A DNA stretch of 30,314 nt from Candidatus Peribacteraceae bacterium (GCA_028717505.1 JAQUNQ010000001.1:1-30314); one strand, 5' to 3'; shown: positions 9,698-18,372, counted from the first letter of the stretch. A program made the numbers and translations. Notes: generated by a model not told the origin, from the letters alone.

Positions 9698-10549
9698 ATG
9701 CCGCATCGAACCCCCACTCCAAACTGGTGGACGGGAATCTCCGTCCTCTTTGTCCTCTTTTCCCTTTTCACTGCTGCCTCTGCGCAGGATTACTTTGATC
9801 CGTGCAAAGGGGGTGGCTGCACGGGTGGTCCGACTGATCCCAGCGGTGCCTGCTGTTTGAAGGAAACAGGAGGTCCCGGAGGCACGCACGCCTATGCAGC
9901 TCTGAATATTTCCGGAGCAGCTGACTGCACTCTCGCAGGTGCCAAGGCCATCATTGGCAGGGACATGCTCGATACCGTCTGGTATGAGAACAGGAACGCC
10001 GCCGTCACGGCTATCCGGCTGACAGGCGGACTCTCTTGCGTCTATTCCCCCCCGCAATCCAGTGCTGCCGCGGAGGAGAGTTCTTCCGAGAGTTCCGGCA
10101 GCCCCGCCGTGTGTGGAAACGGCACCCCGGAACTTGGCGAGCAGTGCGACACAGGAGCGAACAACAGTAATTCTCTCCCCGACCACTGTCGCTCCACTTG
10201 CCTCCTTCCCTTCTGTGGAGACCAGGCGACAGACAGTAACGAAGAATGTGACGATGGAGCCGCCAACTCCAATGAGCCCGATGCCGCCTGCCGCCCGTCC
10301 TGCCTGCTGGCGTTCTGTGGCGACGGCGTCATTGATCCCGCACGGGGAGAGGAATGCGATCCCGCATTCAGTGGGACTGACACATGCACGGACATCTGCA
10401 CCGAGATAGTGGGAACCTCCGGTGGACCTGTCTATTTCGCACCGGGCAATCCCACCGAGATTGAGGAGGTGTACAAGAACCTGCTGAATGTCTTCCTCAT
10501 GGGGCTCACTTTCCAGCTCTCGAATGCGCTGGGAATCCCTCTGCAGTAG
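9698..10549 (+). CDS. Secreted Cys-rich protein with Myxococcus-type cysteine repeats (DUF4215-like; 283 aa)
   Basis: Signal peptide ending AASA/QD; three CG(N/D)xxxxxxE(Q/E)CD repeats (CGNGTPELGEQCDTG, CGDQATDSNEECDDG, CGDGVIDPARGEECD). Confidence 0.75.
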   Translation: MPHRTPTPNWWTGISVLFVLFSLFTAASAQDYFDPCKGGGCTGGPTDPSGACCLKETGGPGGTHAYAALNISGAADCTLAGAKAIIGRDMLDTVWYENRNAAVTAIRLTGGLSCVYSPPQSSAAAEESSSESSGSPAVCGNGTPELGEQCDTGANNSNSLPDHCRSTCLLPFCGDQATDSNEECDDGAANSNEPDAACRPSCLLAFCGDGVIDPARGEECDPAFSGTDTCTDICTEIVGTSGGPVYFAPGNPTEIEEVYKNLLNVFLMGLTFQLSNALGIPLQ

Positions 10550-10564
10550 AGAAGGGAGTTTCAT

Positions 10565-13129
10565 TCATTGACTGCTTGACTCCCGGGCGGAGGGCGAGTG
10601 CCTGTGGAGGTATTTCATCAGCTCAAACCAGGAGATGCTGAGCAGCCCTGCCGCGATCGCAAGCAAGAGATCCCAAACACTCAAAGCTGCGAACTGGAAG
10701 AGGCGTCGTAACATTGGCTGAGAGAGGATGCACACGAGTACGGCAGCTGCCCCCCCGATGACCCACCAAACTGCCGGATTCGGTGCGCGGACGCTCTCGA
10801 GGACCATTCTCGTGCGAGAACGATTGGCGAGGATGAGACCGATGTTCGCAATGACGAGTGTCGCGAAGGTCAGAGCTCGCGCCTCGGGAACGATGAGACC
10901 GTGTGAGAGGCTCGCTCCGAATACGAGGAGCACGATGCCAAGGACGACGAACCCCTGGAGGAGGCTCAGGAGCAGCAGGGTCTTCCTGAACATTGGCTCG
11001 CGGGGGTTCCGCGGCGAGACGTGCATGATATTCTGTTCTTCCGGCTCCATTTCGAAGACAACGGAACAGGCAGGATCGATGATGAGTTCCAGAAACATGA
11101 TATGAATAGGCGACAGGACAAGCGGCCACTTGAGCGCGATTGGGATGAGAGAGAGCCCCGCGATAGGCACGTGAATCGCGATGATGTAAGCCATGGCATT
11201 GCGCAGGTTCTCAAATATTCTCCTGCCCATGCGCACGGCCTGCACGATAGAGGAGAAATCGTCGTCCACAAGAACGAGCGCCGAAGCCTCTCGCGCCACA
11301 TCCGTTCCCCTGCCTCCCATGGCCACTCCGATGTGCGCGGCCTTGAGGGCGGGCGCATCATTCACGCCATCCCCCGTCATGGCAACCACCTCGCCTGCCT
11401 GCTTGAAGGCGGCGATCAGCCGCAACTTCTGTTCGGGGACGATCCGCGCAAAGACCGTCGTGTCCTGAATGCGCCTCTGAAGCTCCGCATCATCCATCGT
11501 CTCGAGCTCCTTGCCGGTCATTAATGCCCCCTCCCGGTAGAGCCCGATTTTCTTCGCGATGGACTCTGCGGTCGTGGGATGGTCGCCGGTGATCATAACC
11601 ACGCGAATCCCCGCCTCTCTGCATTCCTGGATGGCTGCGGGAGCCGTGGGGCGGATGGGGTCCGCCAGTCCCATCAAGCCGAGGAAGGAGAAGGAGAAAT
11701 CATGTTGTTTCCCGGGTAAGTCCTGCTTCCGGAACTCCGCTTTCGCAACTGCGAGAACCCGCAGTCCTTCACGGGCCATGACATGAATATGATCACGGAT
11801 GGTTTTCATTGTGTCTTCATCGAGGTGGCAGAGATCCATGATCGCTTCCGGTGCCCCCTTAGAGGCGATAATGTACTCTCTGCCATTTGGGGATTTCCAA
11901 ACCTCCGACATCGCAAGGAGCTGTGGGGAGAGCGAATACTCGCGCACGAGTGTCCAATCAGAATGAAGATGGTGCGTCCCCTTCAAAAATTCCTCGCCGA
12001 GGCGCTTGAATGCCTTTTCCATGGGATCGAACGGGTCGCTCTGACTCGCGAGAATGCTGAACTCGATGATTTCATGGAAATCCTCGGGGAGTTCGCTCAG
12101 GGAGAGTGGATGCTCGATCAGTTGCTTTCCGGCCACGATCTGATCCACAGACATGGTGTTGAGCGTGAGAGTACCAGTCTTATCCACGCACAGTACCGTG
12201 GTGGCTCCGAGCATCTCGACAGCCGGGATCCTTCGGGTGAGCACTCCTCGCTTGGAGATTCGCCAGGCACCCAGCGCGAAGAAGATCGTGAGGACGACGG
12301 GGAATTCCTCGGGCAGCATCGCCATGGCGAGGCTCAAGCCCGCAAGGAATCCCTCAAGCCAGTGCCCCCGCGTGAGACCGTAGAGCACCACGACAAAGGC
12401 ACAGAGTGTCGCTCCGATGATGGAAATCTTCCGCACAACAGAACGGATTTCTTTCTGAAGGAGCGTGTCCTCGGTCTCCAGTGTCTGGAGCGCTTTCCCG
12501 ATCTTGCCAATTTCCGTTCGTACGCCAGTCGCCGATACCCTGCAGGTTCCTTTTCCCGATACCACGAGGGTGCCCGAGTACACCACAGGCCTGTCGTCTC
12601 CTCCCGGTCTTCCTGCAACCTCCTTGCCATTCCACACGGCCTTCCTTACGGGGACGGATTCTCCCGTCAGGAGCGATTCGTCGACAGAGAGGTTCGTACA
12701 AGAGAGGATGAGGCCGTCCGCCGGAACCCTGTCCCCCTCGGAGAGGAAGACGAGATCGTCGCGCACAACCTCTTTTCCCGGAATGCGCAGCCGCTGCCCT
12801 TCCCGCAGAACGAGCGCGCGGGGGCTGGAGAGATCCCGGAGGGCCTCGAGCGCACGCTCAGTCTTCTGCTCCTGGTAGATCGTAATTCCCATCACCATGA
12901 AGACGAAGGCGAGGAGCATCAATGCCTCCTCCCTGTCCCTGAGGAGGAGGTAAATCGCCCCACAGGCAACGAGGAGCAGGAACATCGGTTCCCGCACCAC
13001 ATCGAATGCAATCGAGAGGACGCTGCGTTTCTTCGCGCTCGGGAGTTCATTGAGTCCATCGACGAGGAGACGTTCCTTCACTTCCTGAGTCGTGAGGCCG
13101 TTCATCGTCGTTGCATTCATGAGGTTCAT
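10565..13129 (-). CDS. Cation-translocating P-type ATPase (type II, Ca2+/PacL-like)
   Basis: TGES, PEE, DKTGTLT phosphorylation site, KGAPE, MITGD, MTGDGVNDAPAL; multiple TM helices. Confidence 0.95.
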   Translation of the reverse strand: MNLMNATTMNGLTTQEVKERLLVDGLNELPSAKKRSVLSIAFDVVREPMFLLLVACGAIYLLLRDREEALMLLAFVFMVMGITIYQEQKTERALEALRDLSSPRALVLREGQRLRIPGKEVVRDDLVFLSEGDRVPADGLILSCTNLSVDESLLTGESVPVRKAVWNGKEVAGRPGGDDRPVVYSGTLVVSGKGTCRVSATGVRTEIGKIGKALQTLETEDTLLQKEIRSVVRKISIIGATLCAFVVVLYGLTRGHWLEGFLAGLSLAMAMLPEEFPVVLTIFFALGAWRISKRGVLTRRIPAVEMLGATTVLCVDKTGTLTLNTMSVDQIVAGKQLIEHPLSLSELPEDFHEIIEFSILASQSDPFDPMEKAFKRLGEEFLKGTHHLHSDWTLVREYSLSPQLLAMSEVWKSPNGREYIIASKGAPEAIMDLCHLDEDTMKTIRDHIHVMAREGLRVLAVAKAEFRKQDLPGKQHDFSFSFLGLMGLADPIRPTAPAAIQECREAGIRVVMITGDHPTTAESIAKKIGLYREGALMTGKELETMDDAELQRRIQDTTVFARIVPEQKLRLIAAFKQAGEVVAMTGDGVNDAPALKAAHIGVAMGGRGTDVAREASALVLVDDDFSSIVQAVRMGRRIFENLRNAMAYIIAIHVPIAGLSLIPIALKWPLVLSPIHIMFLELIIDPACSVVFEMEPEEQNIMHVSPRNPREPMFRKTLLLLSLLQGFVVLGIVLLVFGASLSHGLIVPEARALTFATLVIANIGLILANRSRTRMVLESVRAPNPAVWWVIGGAAAVLVCILSQPMLRRLFQFAALSVWDLLLAIAAGLLSISWFELMKYLHRHSPSARESSSQ

Positions 13130-13200
13130 GAAATAATGGGTACGTCATTTCATCGTAGCCGAAAACCACCGCACTTCAAGTATCGCCAAAGATTCGAAGG

Positions 13201-13252
13201 CCCTGAGGGCCTCTCGGGCCCGAAGGGGAGCAGCCGCGCTCTGTCGAATGGG
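13201..13252. repeat. Family-1 palindromic repeat, divergent copy downstream of tRNA-Phe
   Basis: Minus strand CCCATTCGAC...CTCAGGG has the same termini as 21811-21850; GC-rich interior differs. Confidence 0.6.
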
Positions 13253-13269
13253 TACCAAAAGAACCATCG

Positions 13270-13296
13270 CGGCGAAGCGGAGCGAAGCCGGATGGT
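13270..13296. repeat. Family-2 repeat (ACCA-TCCGGCTTCG-x-CTTCG) abutting tRNA-Phe CCA
   Basis: CGAAGCCGGATGGT (13283-13296) is identical to 21782-21795. Confidence 0.7.
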
Positions 13297-13368
13297 GGCC
13301 CAGGCCAGGATCGAACTGGCGACACCTCGCTCTTCAGGCGAGTGCTCTACCAACTGAGCTACCGGGCC
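13293..13368 (-). tRNA. tRNA-Phe (GAA), G at position 37
   Basis: GGCCCGG-TA-GCTC-AGTTGGTA-GAGC-A-CTCGC-CTGAAGA-GCGAG-GTGTC-GCCAG-TTCGATC-CTGGC-CTGGGCC-A-CCA. Confidence 0.95.
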
Positions 13369-13423
13369 ACAACGTCGGCGGAGAGCATAGCAATTCTTTC
13401 TCAGGCAGAAAAGGAGAGATTCA

Positions 13424-13452
13424 TTGAGTCTCTCCCGCCATTTCTGTAGCAT
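13424..13452 (+). promoter_or_regulatory. Probable promoter of tRNA-Ala
   Basis: TTGAGT (13424-13429)-N17-TAGCAT (13447-13452). Confidence 0.45.
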
Positions 13453-13463
13453 GTCGTCACTCT

Positions 13464-13539
13464 GGGGCTGTAGCTCAGTTGGTAGAGCGCCGCATTCGCA
13501 TTGCGGAGATCAGGGGTTCGAATCCCCTCAGCTCCACCA
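13464..13539 (+). tRNA. tRNA-Ala (CGC)
   Basis: GGGGCTG...CCGCA-TTCGCAT-TGCGG...AGGGG-TTCGAAT-CCCCT-CAGCTCC-A-CCA; G3:U70 alanine identity pair. Confidence 0.95.
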
Positions 13540-13541
13540 CA

Positions 13542-13570
13542 CTTCGCTCGCTATGGCGAGCTTCGCGTGA
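13542..13570. repeat. Family-2-like CTTCG-hairpin-CTTCG unit after tRNA-Ala
   Basis: CTTC-GCTCGC-tatg-GCGAGC-TTCG begins 3 nt after the CCA. Confidence 0.55.
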
Positions 13571-13629
13571 AGAGCCACGTTCTCCCGGCGCCCTCTTCTT
13601 CTCGTCCTTTATTTGCTTATTTAAAATGT

Positions 13630-13660
13630 ATTTGCTTAATTAAGCAAATTATATTATAAT
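13630..13660 (+). promoter_or_regulatory. vanW promoter with 20-bp perfect palindrome over the -35 box
   Basis: ATTTGCTTAATTAAGCAAAT (13630-13649) is self-complementary; TTGCTT (13632-13637)-N17-TATAAT (13655-13660). Confidence 0.75.
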
Positions 13661-13681
13661 ATACGACGAACACAAAAAACC

Positions 13682-15079
13682 ATGAAGAAAAACAAAAATA
13701 AGCACTATCTCGGCGTTCCCCTCGCGCTCCTCGGCATCGGATTTTTCTTTATTTTCGGGCCCACGCGTCAAAGTTCCTTCGGCAGTCCGGCCTTCGATTA
13801 CCGCTCGGGCTTCGCGCTGCATTTCGGTAATGTCGCAGCGTTGGCCTTCATGAGGGAAGAGCCTCCCCCCTCCTCTCCTTTCGTGAGAGTGGCACAGCGA
13901 CTCCAGAGGAGACTCGCACAGCATCAACTCGTTATCCCCCCCCTGTCACAGCTGGTCTCGGCGCTCGAGGAGCTCCGCTCCCTCCAGAGACAACGTGTTG
14001 TTGTCGCGCTGGAGACGGCAACAAATCCTGCCTATGGACGCTGGGAGGTGAATCTTCAGAAGTATCCCTCCTGGATATCTCCTTCCTTCACGGAAACGGA
14101 GGCGCACTTCCGTCTCGATGAACAGCGCATGCGCGACTATCTCATGCGGGAAGGAATTGAGGGAGTGATTCCGCCGAAAGGCATCACGCTCACTGAGGTA
14201 AAGCAGGAGAAAGAAATTCAGCGTGTCATCACCGACGATATCGCGCGTGCGGGGTATGTCGCCAATATCCCGGAAACGGTGGAGATGCTCTCCTCTGCGC
14301 TCACCCAGGGCGTGGGGAGCGGAGCTCTGCTCCTCACGGAAAGCGGCGGGCCGATCCACAATACCTCCGGACAGGACCTCGGCGCCCTCACGCTGCTCGG
14401 CACCGGACGCTCGGACTTCCGCGGCTCACCCGGAGCACGCATCTCCAATGTTCAAAAAGCTCTCCGCGAGCATGTGAGCAATACGCTCGTGCCTCCCGGT
14501 GCCACCTTCTCCTTCAATGCAACACTCGACGGACCGGTGACGGAGAGCCGCGGATGGAAGCTCGCCAAAGTCATCTTTGAAGGGAGTGAGCTCCGCATGG
14601 CGCCCGGCGGGGGCATCTGCCAGGCATCCACGACCGTCTTCCGGGCAATTGTCTCGGCGGGTTTCACGGTGCAGGAGCGCGCAAACCACAGCCTCTACGT
14701 GTCCTACTACGAGAAATATGGTGTCGGCATCGACGCAACCGTCTTCCCCGGGCAGCAGGATCTCACGTTCGTCAACGACTCCGGCAATTACCTCCTCCTG
14801 CAGGCCTATGACGAAGGGACGGAAGCAGTGGTGAATATTTACGGAACGCCGGATGGCAGGATCGTGGATCTCCGGGGCCCCTTCTTCGCAGGGAGAGAAC
14901 CGGCAGATTTCTCCTATGCGGGACGCAACAAGCTGAAGGGGAATGAAATTGCCTGGGTCCAGAACGTCACTCGTGCAGATGGAAAGGTGGAGCAGAACGT
15001 CATTATCTCGCGCTACACGGGGATGCCTGCCTCCATCCCGCGGAAGTATGCCCTCCATGCGAGTGCGATCGGGCAGTGA
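13682..15079 (+). CDS. VanW family cell-envelope protein (465 aa)
   Basis: N-terminal TM anchor; VanW domain FSFNATLDGPVTESRGW...GGGICQASTTVFRA...ERANHS...GIDATVF..QQDLTFVND. Confidence 0.88.
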   Translation: MKKNKNKHYLGVPLALLGIGFFFIFGPTRQSSFGSPAFDYRSGFALHFGNVAALAFMREEPPPSSPFVRVAQRLQRRLAQHQLVIPPLSQLVSALEELRSLQRQRVVVALETATNPAYGRWEVNLQKYPSWISPSFTETEAHFRLDEQRMRDYLMREGIEGVIPPKGITLTEVKQEKEIQRVITDDIARAGYVANIPETVEMLSSALTQGVGSGALLLTESGGPIHNTSGQDLGALTLLGTGRSDFRGSPGARISNVQKALREHVSNTLVPPGATFSFNATLDGPVTESRGWKLAKVIFEGSELRMAPGGGICQASTTVFRAIVSAGFTVQERANHSLYVSYYEKYGVGIDATVFPGQQDLTFVNDSGNYLLLQAYDEGTEAVVNIYGTPDGRIVDLRGPFFAGREPADFSYAGRNKLKGNEIAWVQNVTRADGKVEQNVIISRYTGMPASIPRKYALHASAIGQ

Positions 15080-15214
15080 TAGAAAGGGACAAGGGAAATC
15101 CATTGACAACGCGTCGTATTAACAGAGTGATGTGCGAGGTGCCTTCACAAAAATTTCACTGGCAATCAAAGTCCGATCGTCTATACTGGCCGCACTCATT
15201 TCCCTTCTTTTTCT

Positions 15215-15952
15215 ATGTCTATGCAACAGGATCCCGCGAAGTTTTGGTTCGGCCTCTCGATGGTGCTCATCGGAGTGATCGTCGGCTTCACGGCCGCCAA
15301 GACGGTCAACTTCTCCGGTTCTCTGCCGTCTCCGACCGGTGTCGCACAGCCGAAGCAGCCGACAGCCGGAAAACCGACGCCGAGTTCCGCCGCCGCCCCC
15401 GACGCGCCATCGGTGCAGAATGTGCAGGTGCCTGACGCGAAGGAACACCTCCGTGGAACTGCGAACGCGCTCATTACCATTATTGAGTACTCCGATCTTG
15501 AGTGTCCCTTCTGCGCCCGCGTCCATCCGACCATCAAGCAGGCCGTCGATGATTACGACGGCAAGGTGAACTGGGTCTTCCGCCACTACCCGCTCTCCTT
15601 CCATGCCAATGCGCAGAAGGCGGCTGAGGCAACGGAGTGTGCAACGGAGCTGGGCGGCAACGATAAATTCTGGGCAATGACCGACATGCTCTACGAGAAG
15701 GGTTCGGATAACTCGCAGCTCGGCGCGTACGCGAAGGCCATCGGTCTCAATGAGGCTGCCTTCAAGACCTGCCTGGACAGCGGAAAGTTCGCGCAGAAGA
15801 TCGACGACATGATGCAGACGGGCGTGGATGCCGGTGTGCAGGGAACGCCGGGAAACATCATCTACAACAACAAGACGAAGGCGGCGGTCATGGTGTCTGG
15901 CGCGCAACCGATCGCGAACTTCAAGACGGCGATTGACGGTCTCCTCAAGTGA
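15215..15952 (+). CDS. DsbA-family thiol:disulfide oxidoreductase (245 aa)
   Basis: N-terminal TM, Pro/Ala linker, EYSDLECPFCAR (CxxC), WVFRHYPLSFH, GVQGTPG cis-Pro loop. Confidence 0.9.
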   Translation: MSMQQDPAKFWFGLSMVLIGVIVGFTAAKTVNFSGSLPSPTGVAQPKQPTAGKPTPSSAAAPDAPSVQNVQVPDAKEHLRGTANALITIIEYSDLECPFCARVHPTIKQAVDDYDGKVNWVFRHYPLSFHANAQKAAEATECATELGGNDKFWAMTDMLYEKGSDNSQLGAYAKAIGLNEAAFKTCLDSGKFAQKIDDMMQTGVDAGVQGTPGNIIYNNKTKAAVMVSGAQPIANFKTAIDGLLK

Positions 15953-15973
15953 ACATCTCAGATAATGCAATGG

Positions 15974-15998
15974 AAAGGCGGCTTCGGCCGCCTTTTTC
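15974..15998 (+). terminator. Rho-independent terminator after dsbA
   Basis: AAAGGCGGC-TTCG-GCCGCCTTT-TT. Confidence 0.88.
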
Positions 15999-16075
15999 AT
16001 GCTGAGGAAGATATCATTTCCAGATTTACTCTCCCCAAAAGTCCGCTAAAATGAGCTGCCATTTCTCATCGACTT

Positions 16076-17089
16076 ATGCGTGCGCTCCCCCTCGGTCTCG
16101 CACTGGCTTCCCTCCTGCTCCTCTCCTGCGGCGCAGAAACGCCGGACGAACTGGAGACGATACCGGCCAATGGCCAGGAGGCCTTCTCCTCTCCGCAGGA
16201 CACCTCTTCCGGCACGCAGATCATTGAGACGCACAATGTCACCTACACGGGCATCGTGCGCCCGGCAGGGATCAGCATCTACATGGAAGGCAGCCACAAG
16301 ATGGAGCTCCCCGATAATCGCTTCATCCTCCTGGAGAGTGCGAGTGTGGATCTCAACGGGTACGTGGGCGAGATGGCAGAAGTGACCGGCTCCCTTCGCC
16401 CAACCGTGGAGGAGGGTGGCATGATCATGCGTGTGGAGAAGATCCGGCTCCTCGCAGGTTCCTCGTCGTCTGTTTCCTCTCTCTCCTCCTCTCCTCCCTC
16501 CTCAGCCACCCTTTCCTCAAAGGCATCCTCGGCGCCCTCTCCCGCCATCCCTGCCTCCTCCGCTGCGGGGCAGGCAAAGACTCCGACTTCCCCTGCCTCC
16601 TCGGCAGCAAAGCTCAGCAGCGCTTCCCCCGTCTCCTCGAGCGAGCCTGAAGAAGAAATAGAACGGACAGAGACGCCGACTTCCCCCGCTTTCCAGGCAC
16701 GCGTGACCTCTATGGCCAAGCAGAACCTCTCCGCGGAGAACTGGACGCAGCAGTACTGCACGGAACACATCGGCTTCTGCATGCCCGTCCACCGCAACTG
16801 GTGGTACAAGTCCTTCGGGACCACGACCTCTGCCCTCTGGCACGTCGAGGTCAGCTCGGAAGAAATCCAAAGCATAGGGGATGGCCCCATCGTCGTGAGC
16901 CTCGTCTCCGGATCCGTGGCGGCGAAGCACGCGACGGACGGGCAGGTCCGCGCGCAGGGGTCGCTCATCATCGCCTACCGCGAGTGGAGCGGCAACCAGC
17001 ACTTCGAGATCTCCGCTCCCTCTGCACTGGAAAACGCCGTGAGCTACATTGCAGCCAATCTCAAGGCAAACGAAGTGCCGCAGCCCTGA
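16076..17089 (+). CDS. Putative lipoprotein with Ser/Pro/Ala-rich linker (337 aa)
   Basis: Lipobox-like LLLLSC; globular N-domain, low-complexity S/P/A linker, C-domain with YCTEHIGFC Cys pair. Confidence 0.75.
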   Translation: MRALPLGLALASLLLLSCGAETPDELETIPANGQEAFSSPQDTSSGTQIIETHNVTYTGIVRPAGISIYMEGSHKMELPDNRFILLESASVDLNGYVGEMAEVTGSLRPTVEEGGMIMRVEKIRLLAGSSSSVSSLSSSPPSSATLSSKASSAPSPAIPASSAAGQAKTPTSPASSAAKLSSASPVSSSEPEEEIERTETPTSPAFQARVTSMAKQNLSAENWTQQYCTEHIGFCMPVHRNWWYKSFGTTTSALWHVEVSSEEIQSIGDGPIVVSLVSGSVAAKHATDGQVRAQGSLIIAYREWSGNQHFEISAPSALENAVSYIAANLKANEVPQP

Positions 17090-17134
17090 GCGTCAACCCC
17101 TTTCCACCCCCTTTTGGTCTGGTAGGATAGCGCC

Positions 17135-17713
17135 ATGCCATTCTTCACGTATTCGGCGCACGGATCGGACGGGAAGATACAGGAAGGCACCATCGATGCC
17201 CTGAGTCTGCAGGCGGCACGCGAGGCGCTCCGGGAGATGCGCCTGGAGCCCGACACGATCGAGGAGAAGGCCCTCGCAGGGCAGGAGTTCCCTCCCATGC
17301 CGTTCGAGCGCGAGAGCACCGCTGCCCCCGACGCCCCCTCCACGACGCCAACGGAAGTGTCTTTCTCCCCCGTCGCCCCCCCGCCGGAACTCCCATCAGC
17401 CGATACTCCAGCCGAGCCGCTCTATTTCCCTCTCCTTGATACGCTCCGCCTCTATGCGGGCTGGCTCGTCGCCTGGTACTTCCTCGTCTACGCCGTCGGC
17501 TCCTACCAGTATCAGCGCTCGCTCCCCTTCTCCATTCCCTACGTGGAGGGGCTCTTCCTCTCCCCGCTCGTCCTGAGCTTCACGCTCGCCGCCTATCTCT
17601 TCCTCGTTCTGACAGGCATCCACCGCAAAGGACACGGCGGCTTCCTCAGCGGACTCCTCCTCGCATTCGTCGGCGTTGCTGTGTTTCTCCTCTACCGGCG
17701 GAACGTGCTCTAG
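17135..17713 (+). CDS. Membrane protein with PilC/GspF-like N-terminal motif (192 aa)
   Basis: MPFFTYSAHGSDGKIQEGTIDALSLQAAREALREM resembles PilC N-termini; then a Pro-rich linker and about three TM helices. ATG 6 nt after TAGGAT. Confidence 0.7.
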   Translation: MPFFTYSAHGSDGKIQEGTIDALSLQAAREALREMRLEPDTIEEKALAGQEFPPMPFERESTAAPDAPSTTPTEVSFSPVAPPPELPSADTPAEPLYFPLLDTLRLYAGWLVAWYFLVYAVGSYQYQRSLPFSIPYVEGLFLSPLVLSFTLAAYLFLVLTGIHRKGHGGFLSGLLLAFVGVAVFLLYRRNVL

Positions 17714-18372
17714 AGGCCGAGCTGCTTGCGGATCTCCTCCGCCTGTTGCGTTTCCTGCCCGCGCGCTTTCTGCTGCTGGGAGATGGCCTGGAGATCCTTC
17801 CAGTCCTCCACATGCTTCTCCTCGAGCCGCTTGAGCTGCAGGAGGTGCTTCGGGCTCAACTCCGCAAACTTCTTCTTCTCCTCCTCAAGGATCTTCTGGA
17901 GTTCGTCGATCTGGAACTGCGAGAGCTTCGGAATGGCTTGAATAATCCTCCACTTCTCGTCACGGGTGAGGGAGATGCTGCCACGAAGGAAGGTGAGGAA
18001 CTTCTGCTCGTCGAAGTTGGTTTCCGGATGGGTCGGCACGGGAATGCCCTCGTTCGAGAGCGTGACGGTGATACTCCCGAACCGATAGTTGCCCACCTCG
18101 CCGAGGATGCGGAGATCTTCATCGTCATAGCCCATCTCCTTCGTCGCAACGGTGCCCGGCGGGGGCGGAGGCGGACCGGCGTCCGGCGGCATTGCGCCGG
18201 CTGCTCCGTCCTGCTGCCCTGCCGCAGACTGCTGCGCCTGCGGAGGCGGGGGGGGAGGCGGGGGGGGAGTGCCGAAGACTTGCGTCGGGTCGAGTCCTCC
18301 TGCCGGGATAGGATCCCCTGGACGGGGTGGATTGGCCTGATCGGAAGGCGGCGGAGGAGGAGGGGTCGCCAT
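17710..18372 (-). CDS. Hypothetical protein, Pro-rich N-terminus plus helical C-domain (220 aa)
   Basis: Protein-like composition, poly-Pro tracts, helical domain FDEQKFLTFLRGSISLTRDEKWRIIQAIPKLSQFQIDEL; TACACT box 8 nt before ATG. Confidence 0.8.
   Translation of the reverse strand: MATPPPPPPSDQANPPRPGDPIPAGGLDPTQVFGTPPPPPPPPPQAQQSAAGQQDGAAGAMPPDAGPPPPPPGTVATKEMGYDDEDLRILGEVGNYRFGSITVTLSNEGIPVPTHPETNFDEQKFLTFLRGSISLTRDEKWRIIQAIPKLSQFQIDELQKILEEEKKKFAELSPKHLLQLKRLEEKHVEDWKDLQAISQQQKARGQETQQAEEIRKQLGL

Noticed and set aside
13464-13539. tRNA-Ala(CGC) as an unusual anticodon
   Set aside because: Less common than UGC or GGC, but a known isoacceptor compatible with a GC-rich genome; not novel by itself.
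13682-15079. vanW as evidence of a vancomycin-resistance cluster
   Set aside because: No vanH/A/B/X/R/S genes nearby; VanW-domain proteins are widespread envelope proteins.
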